Below are positions 11,837 through 22,646 of a stretch of 64,000 nt of DNA, one piece after another. Below the pieces are notes generated by a model. That model worked only from the letters and a program-made list of their open reading frames with translations, did no database searches and was not told where the DNA came from. Position numbers and translations under genes: made by a program. Source of the stretch: an uncultured Lachnospiraceae bacterium (GTDB lineage: Bacteria; Bacillota; Clostridia; Lachnospirales; Lachnospiraceae); the NCBI GenBank assembly GCA_948794795.1, contig CAQGLR010000014.1, positions 17,399 to 81,398 on the forward strand. The letters run 5' to 3'. Every line of letters starts with the position of its first letter. Position 1 is the stretch's first letter.

Positions 11837-11993
11837 AATTGCTTCTGAAAACATTTAATTTATTGTTTATTAACAAAATATTTACATTTTATTTACTCAT
11901 GCGTTTGTCCTGCCCCAAATTGCTTATGAAAACATTTCATATATTATTTATTTGCAAAATGTTCACATTTTATTTACTCATGCGTTTGTTCTG
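11837..11993. repeat. About 80-bp imperfect tandem duplication, with an inverted partial copy at 11741-11772
   Basis: AATTGCTT-TGAAAACATTT...ACATTTTATTTACTCATGCGTTTGT(C/T)CTG occurs at 11837-11912 and 11918-11993. Confidence 0.75.
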
Positions 11994-11996
11994 TTA

Positions 11997-12265
11997 TTTG
12001 AGTTTCCCCATTTTTTAATTACACAAAGATTATATTACTCTGGCAAATTCCAAATGTTTTACCAAAAAGCAGCTGTTATGGGGGCGCTGGTGCTTAAGCC
12101 CCGTATTAAATGTTTCGTAGAAACATTGGGGCTTTATGCACCACTGCGCATCCCATTCAAGCGAAATGCGGCAAAGCCATGTTTGCAACATGGCTTTTGG
12201 TTGGTAAAATTTTGGAATTGCCAGAGCCACATAACTTGTGTATTAAAAAAATGTGGAAACTCAAA
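11997..12265 (+). repeat. Dispersed palindromic MITE/REP-like element, copy A
   Basis: Terminal IR TTTGAGTTTCCCCATTTTTT / AAAAAATGTGGAAACTCAAA; internal sequence shared with copies at 22364, 35302, 46403, 47027 and 57471. Confidence 0.88.
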
Positions 12266-12337
12266 AAAACTAAGATACAATGTCCGCCATGGCATTTACA
12301 TTGTATCTTAGTATAAACCAAATGTTATATATTAATA

Positions 12338-12526
12338 TCAGCCTTGGAAACTTTTTGAAGCAATCCTGTCGGTTAACTGGCTCATCTGTTCCTGGTAACC
12401 AGCTAGTTTTCTTTCTGTTTCTAGTTTCCTTTCATAATCTTTTGCAGTCATTTTTATATCATTGCTATTAATGCTTCCATGCAGGCTGTATGCCTGTTTT
12501 TTATCAGTAATATTTTTATTTTCCAT
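12338..12526 (-). CDS. Small hypothetical protein (62 aa)
   Basis: ATG with upstream GAGGG; charged, helix-like; no family recognised. Confidence 0.5.
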   Translation of the reverse strand: MENKNITDKKQAYSLHGSINSNDIKMTAKDYERKLETERKLAGYQEQMSQLTDRIASKSFQG

Positions 12527-12809
12527 TATTATCCCTCATTTCTATTGTATTTTTATTTAATAAAAACCAGTGTAATAATAAAAGTATACAAAACTGATGT
12601 ATAAATATTATGTCCTTTTTATATATTTTCATACTGTTAGTTTATATAACATATATTGTAATTTTCTATTGTGAATATTGCCATTTCTTTTGCAGACAAT
12701 ATTGTTAAAGCTGTTAAATATTTCAGTTTTTATCTGCAATTTTCTACAAATTTTTATTGTTTTGGAAATTATTTATAATACAAAGTAATTTTACAATGGA
12801 GGATGATTT

Positions 12810-13859
12810 ATGCATACCCGTTCCCTTTTTAAAAATATCTTTATACTTACAATAATAACAGCTGTTGTATGTCTTTCCCTTAAATACATCCTGCCAATGG
12901 TTTTTCCGTTTATAGCAGCATATTTATTTATGAGGATGCTGTTTCCTGCAATTAATTTCTTAATTAAAAAATGCGGGCTTCCTGTCTGGTTTTCATATGG
13001 AAGTGTACTTTCAGGCTTCTTTGTATCAGCATCTGGTGCTTTTATATTGGTTATATGGCTTATATGCAGGCAGCTACAGCTATTAATTAACAATTTTCCT
13101 GTATACTACCAGCTCTACAGCAGTTTATTTTATAACTGCCTGGAAAAGTGCTGTAACTGTATTGACTATTATCTCAGCGTACAAGACGGCACTGCACTAA
13201 ATTTTGCCACTGAAAAAATATCTGTCCTACAGACAGGGTATGTTGATAAAATAGTTAATAATGCAGGACAGATTTTTTCTGGATGTGTAAGTGTATTTGC
13301 ACGTGTTATTATGCTTATATTTATAATAGTAATCAGTATGATAATATTATGCAGGGATATGGATAAAATCCATAATGCATATGCAAAAAGCAGCTTTTAT
13401 AAATACTTACATAAGATAATGCACACACTTAAGGAAACAGGGCTTGGATATCTTAAATCACAAGGAATAATAATATGTGCAAACTGGTTTGTATGCAGCA
13501 TTGCTTTTATGATTATTAAAAATCCATATTTTATACTTATAGGGCTGCTAATATCACTTTTTGATGCACTTCCTGTACTTGGAAGCGGCATGATTTTATG
13601 CCCTGTTGGCATATATTATATTTTCCACAATAACTTTGCTTATGCTGCAGTCCTTTTTGCTGCATATGTTATAACTATATTTGTACGTGAAATCCTTGAA
13701 GCAAAACTGCTTGGCGGCAATATGGATATACTTCCGTTTTTTATGCTTGTTTCGATATACATCGGACTTAAAATATTTGGAATTGCAGGAATTGTTCTTG
13801 GTCCATTTGCAGTAGTTATAACCAGGACAATTTATGAAACATTTTCTGATACATTTTAA
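12810..13859 (+). CDS. ytvI: YtvI-like AI-2E family membrane protein
   Basis: Multi-TM; DALPVLGSG, REILEAKLLG and FGIAGIVLGP motifs; RBS GGAGG. Confidence 0.8.
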   Translation: MHTRSLFKNIFILTIITAVVCLSLKYILPMVFPFIAAYLFMRMLFPAINFLIKKCGLPVWFSYGSVLSGFFVSASGAFILVIWLICRQLQLLINNFPVYYQLYSSLFYNCLEKCCNCIDYYLSVQDGTALNFATEKISVLQTGYVDKIVNNAGQIFSGCVSVFARVIMLIFIIVISMIILCRDMDKIHNAYAKSSFYKYLHKIMHTLKETGLGYLKSQGIIICANWFVCSIAFMIIKNPYFILIGLLISLFDALPVLGSGMILCPVGIYYIFHNNFAYAAVLFAAYVITIFVREILEAKLLGGNMDILPFFMLVSIYIGLKIFGIAGIVLGPFAVVITRTIYETFSDTF

Positions 13860-13917
13860 TCCCATTATATAAAATCCTCTAAAACGCTTGAAAACAAAGG
13901 ATTTACAATAATATACC

Positions 13918-13973
13918 AGGGCGTGTTTGAAAATTGCTTTATTTGTGCACTTTCTAATTTTCAAACACACCCT
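13918..13973. repeat. Short hairpin made only of the GTGTTTGAAAATT-type arms (element I); may act as a bidirectional terminator
   Basis: AGGGCGTGTTTGAAAATT...AATTTTCAAACACACCCT; same arms as at 22364-22617, 32001 and 39617. Confidence 0.7.
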
Positions 13974-13989
13974 AAACCAATGGCTGTGA

Positions 13990-16900
13990 TTATATTCTGC
14001 TTACTATATATTTATGAATGGTCTTTTTTATGGTTCTTTTTGTTTTTTTATCTCTGACATATACATATAACTTGTATTTTCCAGATTCTTCCGGCCACCA
14101 GTTTATGTTTTTTTTAGAGCTGTAATTACTAATTTTCTTCATTTTTTTAGTACCAGATATTTTGTATCCAAACTTATATTGATACTTTTCTGTCCCTCCA
14201 GAAGCATTTACCATAAGTTTAACTTTTTGACCCGCTTTAGCCTTTTTGCTTGAAGGTGATGCCTTAAAACTGCTAATCTTAAGTTTATTATTTACTGTAT
14301 ATTTAGATATTGTCTTCTTCGCAACTTTTCCACTGTCATCTTTTGCATATACCGTAATACTGTACTTTCCGGCTTTTTGGGGTTTCCATTTTGCAGAGCT
14401 GGAGGTTGAATAATTCCTAATTACAGTGGAAGAATTTCTCTTTACTAAGAAACGGTATTTAATAACTCCTGTCCCGCCTGCTGACTGGACCGAAATTGAA
14501 ATATTATCACCAACTTGTGCCATACCACTGGCTTTGCCTATAACAAAATTTGTGATTTTTAATTTCTTTATTGTTTCTTCTGTTGAAGGCTCTTTATCTG
14601 GCTTTACTGGCTCCTCACCTGGTTTTGCAGGTTCCACATCTGGCTTTGTAGGTTCCATTGTTGGCTCTGCTGGTTTCACACCTGGTTTTGTGGGTTCCAC
14701 GGCTGGCTCTGCTGGTTTCACATCCGGTTTTGCAGGTTCCAAGGTTGGCTCTGCCGGAACCCAGCCTGGTTCTGATGGATTCCAGCCTGGTCCTATTGGA
14801 TTCACATCTGGCTCTGACGGATTACCTCCTGGCTCATCTGGTTCTTCTGGATTACCTCCTGGTTCTTCTGGCTGTCCAGTGCTTTCTTCTAAAACTGCTG
14901 TGATAGATTTTTTCAAAGCTCTGGCTGACTTATTGATGTCCACCTGTGATGCATCAGAAGCCTGGTAAACCGTTTTTGCCTCATCATATGATTTTTTAAG
15001 CGCTGCCAGATTTTTACTGTCTGGATTCTCTTTTATCACATTCTCCGCCTTAGCAATCTGTATACTTAATACTGTTTTATCTGGTTCTGGAACACCACTT
15101 TCCATTTCATGTTCCTGTTTTGTATAGGTACATTCTTTTTCTGAAAATGACGTAACTGTAACATCCACACTGCCTGTGATTCCTGTTATTTCTGCTGTTT
15201 GTATATCAGTACCTGTAGTACCATCATTTACAATCAGTGAATATCCGGTGGTTTCTTCCATAAGCTCAAATATTAACCATCCTTCACTATCTTTTTCACT
15301 AAGCTTAACTCCTGGCCAGTCCCCAGTTAATTTTACTGTACTATCTCCCTCTCCTGTCCATACATAAACGGCAGGATTGCTCCAACCATCTGCCTTTATG
15401 CGGATTACAGGTTTTGCCTTTAAACATACACATGCCTTGACAGCATATTCCAAATCCTCTTCTTTACTCTGGTATTTTTCTGCACTGTGCACGGATTTAA
15501 TAAATTCTTCTATATCAGAGATAACTGCCTCTAAATCAGCCACCGCTTCTGCCTCATAGTCTGCTGGATATTTCCTGGCAGCCGCAAGCCTTATTTTTGC
15601 TTTTTCAAATGCATCTGCAAATCCCTCTTTTGCTGCAGCTTCTTTGTTAATATTCTGATATGCTTCATTTAAACTATGTAACGCTTCCTGTATTTTTGCA
15701 TTATCTGTCTCATTTTTCCCTACCAGTTCTTCCGCATTTGCTAAAGCATTCTCAAATGCCTGCCAGACTTGTTCAGTAAAATCTTCTTTCTGGTAATTCT
15801 TTTTTTCTGCCTGCTGTATTAACTCCCTTAATTGCAGAGTTTTTTCTATTATGGTAATAGTTACAATTTTTGTTACAACTGTTTTACTATCTTTTGCAAC
15901 TAATGTCACAGTATACTCACCTGCAGCTGGAGCCTCCCATGTAAATATCCCTGTATCTGCGTCAAAAGATGCTCCGTTTGGAATTCCGTCTGCTTCCAGT
16001 GTCACAGTATCTCCATCCGGATCTGAAGTTTCAACTTTAAACGAAAAAGGTTCATTAGAAAAAACACGGAAAGATGTGTCACATGAAATAACTGGCGGCT
16101 CGTTCATCGTAACATTATTTTTGTCAAACGTATCTTTTGGTACTGCCACCATAACGGATTTTCCTGGTACAGTTATGCTAGAACCTGATTCACTGATTTT
16201 TTCCAGACCTGCTTTCATTCCATCAGCTATAATAACCCACTCGTTGGAAGCGGTAAGCTCAACAGTCTGGCCAGATACTGCGTTGTTAATAAGCACTGCT
16301 ATACGCTCCCACTCACTGGGTACATTATTCGTCTCATAAAATGCAGTTATCCCAGTTTCTTCTTTGCTGATCCATTCTATATTATTATTATCTGGATTCC
16401 AATTATCGTTGCTTCTTACCAGAATAGAACGGAAGCCGGAGAATGCTTTACGGATACAAACCATTCCTTGATAGTATGATTGGATATCAGAATATGTATT
16501 TACTCTGTTCCAGTCAATTTTATTCACGGAATCTGGAGAAGAACAACTGTTATCATCTCCATTTTTCGTTCTGGCAAATTCTTCTCCTGCCTGCATAAGC
16601 ACTCCGCCCTTGGATACAAGGACTACACTTCCTGCCATTTTATTCATTCTTTTCATCTTATCATCAACAGATAAAAAGTCCTTCCCAAACCCTTCTGTCA
16701 ATTTATCCCAAAGCGTAAGGTTATCATGGGAAGATACATAGCTTAAGCAGCAGTTTGATGATTTGGACCAGAACGGCCGCCACATTCCAAATTCCCCGGA
16801 AGTATAGCCTACAGACCCCATGATTCCGCCAAATACATTATTGGGCCATTTTTCATCTGGATCCAGATAATCACCACTGGAATAATTGGTCTGAAGTAAA

Positions 16901-18266
16901 CCTATCGTTCCGTCAAACTTCTGCCCACCTTTTAATGCCTCTCTAATCTGGTCATTATAGTATCCAATTCCATTATCTAATTTGGATTCATTTGCCTTAT
17001 ATGCACTATTTGAATCATATGTACCATCACCGCTCCAGCCTTCTCCATATAGTAAAATAGTATTATTACCAAACTTGCTGTTAAGAGCTTTTCTAATCTT
17101 ATTCATAGTAGACAGGTCATGTATTCCCATTAGGTCAAACCTAAAACCATCCAGATTATATTCTTCCGCCCAATATGAAACGGAATCAATCATAAACTTA
17201 CAGAACATAGCACTTTCACTTCTGGTAGAATTGCCATAGCCGGACTGGTCATTATATGACAAGTCATTGTTAAGCTTATAATAATAATCTGGCATAATCT
17301 TATTAAAATTAGAATCTCCGGCATCTGATGTATGGCTGTAAGAAACATCCATAATTACCTTTATTCCTGCATTATGCAATGCCTGTATCATTTCTTTCAT
17401 TTCTTTTATACGGACATTTCCATCATATGGATTACTGGAATAGGATCCCTCTGGAACATTGTAATTCTTTGGGTCATAACCCCAGCTATAATTACTTAAG
17501 GAATCTGCGCTGGCATCTGTTTCATCCAAGGATGCATAATCATACATTGGGAGAAGCTGTACATGTGTTACCCCTAATTGTTTTAAGTAATCCACACAGG
17601 AGGCCACTTTTCCTTCTCCATTGATTGTGGTTTTTTCTGTGAAAGCTTTATACTTTCCACGGTTTTGTGGTGACACACCTGAACTTACATCAATAGAAAA
17701 ATCTCTTATATGGACTTCCCATATAATGGCATCACTAAGCAGTGTTTCTTCTCTCTGGTAATTTTTATCCCAATAATCCGGATCTGTACTGTCCAAATCC
17801 ACTACCATAGCCCTGTCCCCATTAACCCCTGCTGCTTTCGCATAGATATCAACGGCCTCTTTGGTAGTCCCATCTACAGTCACCTTATATGTATAATATG
17901 TATTTACGATATCTCCTGTAACTTCTGTACTCCACACACCTTTATCACCTTTTGTCATAGGTGTCTCACTTATAACGTTACCACCATCGCCTTTCTCATA
18001 TCTGCAGAGTACAACCGAAGATGCTTCTGGTGACCATACTTTAAATGTAGTTTTCCCAGGTGTATAAGTACATCCCAAATCGTCCCCACTGTAAGCATTC
18101 TGTGAATCATAATTGCTGTCAAATAAACGTTTGCCATATACCGTCTTCCCCCCCCAATCTCTTCCGCATATACTTTAGCAGACGGAACATTGCCTATAAA
18201 AGAAACAGCCAATGCACCAGCAAGAAAATAACATAATAATTTTCTTTTAATAACATTTTTTATCAT
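13990..18266 (-). CDS. pulA: Secreted multidomain type I pullulanase (GH13), frameshifted at a G8 tract: CBM48/catalytic domain, Ig-like, FIVAR-like, CBM26-like starch-binding domain, Pro/Glu linker, two C-terminal beta-sandwich domains
   Basis: WGYDPKNYNVPEGSY, GFRFDLMG, YGEGW and SHDN motifs in ORF 13990-18078; signal peptide lies in another frame (ORF starting 18266), joined across C8 at 18148-18155. Confidence 0.88.
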
Positions 18267-18323
18267 TTTTCCTGTCCTTTCATTTTATCTTTTCAAATGT
18301 CAATAACCAGATACCTCTTATTA

Positions 18324-19298
18324 TTAATTAAAATATACAAGTTCTTCTTCTGGTTTTTCTGCTGGTATTACTTCCTCTGCATAAAATACAGGACCTTCTT
18401 CTCCATATTCATCCATATATTTATATTCCATGCGGGCTGTTACTGTAACATATTGCTGGTTCTTAAACTCTTTCCAGCTGTCTGCTTTGCATAGGAAGCC
18501 CATATATTGTACATCATCTGCACAGCATGTCATTGCAAACCTGCCAAATATGGCAAACCCCTTTGGAAGCCCTGGCGGCTTTTGTATCATTCCAGTTACT
18601 TTTAATGTCTTGCCATTGTAATTCTCCTGGTGTTCTGTCATATCAATATACCATAATCCAAAATCACCATCTGTTACCTCTATAATATCAGCATTTATAT
18701 CAAATGGAAGTTCTTCTTTCATTTCATAGAATGCATCATCCTCTGACTCATATACTATCTGTACACCTGGATTAACAGCTTTTATGCTTCCCCTGATTGC
18801 AGACTTGCTGGTATTAAGGCTGCACCGGTTTACTATAACCATCTGTGCCATTTTAAAATGCTCTACCATCAATGATGGCATATTTTTCATATAAAGCCCA
18901 AATGTTTCATCATTAGCAACATCTATTGTCTGGAATATTACTTCTGAATCAAAGCATATTTCTTCAAATTCATCATAAATTTCTGGTATATGTGCTACAG
19001 GCCACATCCCATTATACTCTATAATTATCCTGTCTGGCCTGTGTTTCTTTAAAAACTTCTCTATAACCTTGCCATTAAATGACTCTTCATCTTCGATATA
19101 TTCACATACTGCAAGCCCTTTTTCGAGAATTTCCTGTGTATATTCTTCTTCCCCTTCCTCACATGCAAGTATAAGTGTTTTGGAACTGGCATCAAACATA
19201 TCATCTGTTATAAGGTCACGTATAAGGCTTGTTTTCCCTGCCTCAAGAAAGCCCATAATAACATATACCATCATTTCCTTTTTCTTCCTGTCAAACAT
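18324..19298 (-). CDS. CobW-like GTPase domain fused to a TIGR03943/DUF1980-like C-terminal domain (metal homeostasis)
   Basis: GFLEAGKT Walker A and EYNGMW; C-terminal GRFAMTCCADD. Confidence 0.8.
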   Translation of the reverse strand: MFDRKKKEMMVYVIMGFLEAGKTSLIRDLITDDMFDASSKTLILACEEGEEEYTQEILEKGLAVCEYIEDEESFNGKVIEKFLKKHRPDRIIIEYNGMWPVAHIPEIYDEFEEICFDSEVIFQTIDVANDETFGLYMKNMPSLMVEHFKMAQMVIVNRCSLNTSKSAIRGSIKAVNPGVQIVYESEDDAFYEMKEELPFDINADIIEVTDGDFGLWYIDMTEHQENYNGKTLKVTGMIQKPPGLPKGFAIFGRFAMTCCADDVQYMGFLCKADSWKEFKNQQYVTVTARMEYKYMDEYGEEGPVFYAEEVIPAEKPEEELVYFN

Positions 19299-19319
19299 CT
19301 TAATTTCTCCTTACTATGG

Positions 19320-20408
19320 CTATGCCACATGGAACAATTCTTTTATGGCTTCTTCATTAAGCTTTGAACCTATTACACATACCCTTCCTGTAAAGTCCGC
19401 AGCTCCTCTTCTAAGTTCTGTTTCTTCTGGCACAAGGTCAAAGTGGAACCATTCACCCTCAGCTGGTGCTACTATTCCTTTTGCACGCAATACTTCACCA
19501 TATTTACTGTCGGTAGAGAGTTTATTTACAATGTCCTTAAGCTCTTCCTCTGTAAACTTATAAGCTGTCTCAACACCCCAGCTTGTAAATATCTCATCAG
19601 CATGGTGGTGGTGATGGTGTCCATCTTCATGGTGGTGATGGCATTCTTCCCCATCTTCATGGTGATGATGGCACTCCTCTCCATCTTCGTGATGGTGATG
19701 GCAGCACTCTTCCCCATCTTCATGGTGATGGTGGCATTCTTCCCCATCTTCATGGTGATGGTGGTGACATTCCTCTCCATGGTGGTGATGTTCTTCGAGA
19801 AGCTCTTTTTCAAGTGAATTAACTTTCTCCATTGCTTCTAAAATCTTCTTGCCATCTATATCATCCCAAGGAGTAGTTATAACTGATGCTTCACTATTCT
19901 TTTCATGTATCATCTTAAGGCATGTGTCAAGTTTCTCATCTGATATCTTCTGTGTCCTGCTAAGTATAATTGTACCTGCATATTCAATCTGGTTATTATA
20001 AAATTCACCATAATTTTTCATATACATTTTACATTTAGATGCATCAACCACAACAGCTGTACTATTTATTTCAACAGAACTGCCTGTATTTTTAACTGCT
20101 TTAATTACATCTGAAAGTTTTCCTACACCAGAAGGCTCTATAATAACCCTGTCAGGTGAATATTTCACAAGGACTTCTTTTAATGCCTCGCTAAAATCAC
20201 CTACAAGTGAACAGCAGATACAGCCTGAGTTCATCTCTGTAATTTGTATTCCAGACTCCTTAAGAAATCCCCCGTCAATGCCTATTTCTCCAAATTCATT
20301 TTCAATAATAACAAGCTTCTCCCCCTGGAAAGCCTCTGAAATAAGCTTTTTAATTAATGTTGTCTTTCCTGCTCCAAGAAAACCTGATATAATATCAATC
20401 TTTGCCAT
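19320..20408 (-). CDS. CobW/COG0523 G3E GTPase metallochaperone with His/Cys-rich insert
   Basis: GFLGAGKTT, ENEFGE, GCICC, EPSGVG; (HHHHEDGEEC)n; CobW_C LRAKG. Confidence 0.92.
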   Translation of the reverse strand: MAKIDIISGFLGAGKTTLIKKLISEAFQGEKLVIIENEFGEIGIDGGFLKESGIQITEMNSGCICCSLVGDFSEALKEVLVKYSPDRVIIEPSGVGKLSDVIKAVKNTGSSVEINSTAVVVDASKCKMYMKNYGEFYNNQIEYAGTIILSRTQKISDEKLDTCLKMIHEKNSEASVITTPWDDIDGKKILEAMEKVNSLEKELLEEHHHHGEECHHHHHEDGEECHHHHEDGEECCHHHHEDGEECHHHHEDGEECHHHHEDGHHHHHHADEIFTSWGVETAYKFTEEELKDIVNKLSTDSKYGEVLRAKGIVAPAEGEWFHFDLVPEETELRRGAADFTGRVCVIGSKLNEEAIKELFHVA

Positions 20409-20481
20409 TTAATATCCTTCCTCTCTAAAAATCTGGTAATTTTATACTTGGTACTATTATACCAGACCTGTCAAATTTATA

Positions 20482-21225
20482 TTATTTTACAGTATTGCCA
20501 AATGTCTGTCTGGTTGCTTCATACATAGCTATACTTGCTGCTATTGGCAGGTTAAGGCTGTCAATACCTGCTGAATGTGGTATAACTACAGATGTGCCCA
20601 CACTTGCAAATTCTGCCGGAAGCCCTGTTGCCTCATTGCCAAATATAAGTGAAAACTTCTTACCTGGTTTTATATTATGCAGGCTTATCTTTGCATCAAG
20701 CATAAATGGATAAAGTTCCCTGTCACTGCTGCCATATTTTCCAGTATACCCGTTAAAACTGTCAAAATACTCAAAATCTGTTGAAAATATTGCCCCCATT
20801 GACGCCCTTACTACTTTAGGGTCAAACGCATCAACTGCATCACGTATTACTGCTATCTGGTTTATTCCAAATCCAAGTGAACTGCGCATAATTGTACCCA
20901 TATTACCCGCATTTGAAGGATTCACAAGAACTATATGTGGTGCATCCTGTTTAAGCTTCCCCTGGAATTTAACAAATTCCCCTATTACATAACAATTCTC
21001 CTTTTGTGACAACACATTAAATATCTTATCTGTATATTCTATTTTAATGCCTGCCTCTTTACATAATAATTCCAGTTTATCTAACGTATCCCCTTGTTTA
21101 ATAGCAGAATGTATATAAATTTTATTTACATATTCTTTTTTATATTTTAATAATTCAAATGTAAGTGTAATTCCAAGTGAATATGAAACTTTGTCTTCTT
21201 TATGGTATCTCCTGTATCCTGCCAT
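20482..21225 (-). CDS. TrmH/SpoU family RNA methyltransferase
   Basis: NAGNMGTIMRS, IFGNEATG and DSLNLPIAASIAMYE SPOUT motifs. Confidence 0.9.
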   Translation of the reverse strand: MAGYRRYHKEDKVSYSLGITLTFELLKYKKEYVNKIYIHSAIKQGDTLDKLELLCKEAGIKIEYTDKIFNVLSQKENCYVIGEFVKFQGKLKQDAPHIVLVNPSNAGNMGTIMRSSLGFGINQIAVIRDAVDAFDPKVVRASMGAIFSTDFEYFDSFNGYTGKYGSSDRELYPFMLDAKISLHNIKPGKKFSLIFGNEATGLPAEFASVGTSVVIPHSAGIDSLNLPIAASIAMYEATRQTFGNTVK

Positions 21226-21265
21226 AATTTACCTCCATAAACCTGTGGCAATTTTCTACAAGGCT

Positions 21266-21293
21266 AAAAGAGAGGGTATGAAACCTCTCTTTT
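21266..21293. terminator. Intrinsic terminator after cheX
   Basis: AAAAGAGAGG-loop-CCTCTCTTTT. Confidence 0.75.
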
Positions 21294-21326
21294 GTATTCC
21301 TGTTATCCGCATATGCTGCAACAATA

Positions 21327-21794
21327 TTATGTATTAAAAAATATGTCTATAGATAAATCACCAATTTCAGAAGAAAATGGTATGCTAAATAGCTCTTTGC
21401 CATCATTCTGGTACTGCTGGCCTTCTATATATGAAGGCGGCGTAATATCTATAATAATACTACTGTTTGCAAATACTGTAGCAGCATTGCCAGCTATCAT
21501 ATTGCCTAGCTCAGAAATGGCACTCTGGCCTAATTCATCTATAGCATCTACCGGCATCATAACCATCTTTGAAACAATTCCAAGTGCAGTATCATGGTTT
21601 ATATTTAATACAACCTCACCTGTAAGGTTTCCAAGCAGCCCTAACTTAATAAGTGAGCTGTCTGCTAAGTAACCGCCTTTTTTAATACCTGGCTTCCCTA
21701 TTTTTAAATCCAGCATGCACATATCTTTCATTATCTTGCACACTGAAATAATAAAAGGATTTACATGTTCCGCTTTCACTACATCACCTGCCAT
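21327..21794 (-). CDS. cheX: Chemotaxis phosphatase CheX
   Basis: NPFI, SAISELGNMIAGNA and DITPP motifs. Confidence 0.88.
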   Translation of the reverse strand: MAGDVVKAEHVNPFIISVCKIMKDMCMLDLKIGKPGIKKGGYLADSSLIKLGLLGNLTGEVVLNINHDTALGIVSKMVMMPVDAIDELGQSAISELGNMIAGNAATVFANSSIIIDITPPSYIEGQQYQNDGKELFSIPFSSEIGDLSIDIFFNT

Positions 21795-21810
21795 TCATAT
21801 AATAATAATA

Positions 21811-21839
21811 AGTATAACAAATATTAATTGCCATGTAAA
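21811..21839 (-). promoter_or_regulatory. SigA-type promoter of cheX
   Basis: Minus strand TTTACA-17 nt-TATACT with TGn extension. Confidence 0.55.
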
Positions 21840-21932
21840 CGTAAAAATCAAACAATTCATATCTGTTTAATAAATTCCAATATTCCACATTACAAGCATA
21901 ATTCTATTATCCGTTTTTGTGGATATGGACGG

Positions 21933-22125
21933 TTTCCATGCCAGCTGCCAGAATATTCCACACAGGGGTACGCTTCCGCTACGATAACCCACGCAGCAGT
22001 GCATAGTATCCTTGTTTTATAAAAGAAATTGCCATTTCTTTTATAAAACCTAAAACAGGATACAAGCACTGGCGGGGTTAAAGTACCCCTTTTGCGGAAT
22101 TATTGCTGGCAGCTGGCATCGGAAA
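21933..22125. repeat. Palindromic element K (structured-repeat family)
   Basis: TTTCCATGCCAGCTGCCAG...CTGGCAGCTGGCATCGGAAA enclosing CGCTTCCGCT...CGCAGCAGTGCATA...AAGCACTGGCG. Confidence 0.8.
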
Positions 22126-22363
22126 TCCTGCGTATTGGCACATTAAAAGGATAAATTGAAATTATTATACAAAAATTTATGAAATGGACATGTTGTTAAT
22201 ACAGGAAAACCGCATAAAATAAATATTTTATAAAATTAGCATTAACAGAGCATTTTTTAACAATAAAAAATTGAAAAATTTAGTCTAAAAACTACTCATA
22301 GAAGCAATCTTTAACACTTTTTTAATTTTATACGGTTATACTGTGATTAATACAGGACTTATT

Positions 22364-22617
22364 GACGTTTGAAAATTGAAATTATACAAAGATTATATTA
22401 CTCTGGCAAATTCCAAATGTTTTACCCAAAGGCAGCTGTTATGGGGACGCTGGTGCTTAAGCCCCGTATTAAATGTTTCTGTGAAACATTTGTTTCGCAG
22501 AAACATTGGGGCTTTATGCACCACTGCGTATCCCATCCAAGCGGAAGCGGCTGCCTGGGGTAAAATTTTGGAATTGCCAGAGCCACATAACTTATGAATA
22601 TTTAATTTTCAAACATC
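22364..22617 (+). repeat. Dispersed palindromic element, copy B (alternative GTTTGAAAATT arms)
   Basis: Core as in copy A but ends are GACGTTTGAAAATT / AATTTTCAAACATC. Confidence 0.85.
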
Positions 22618-22646
22618 CATAACCCTGCTATTTACAATAAAATTGC

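Noticed and set aside
11837..11993. Possible CRISPR array
   Set aside because: Only two long imperfect units, no unique spacers and no cas genes
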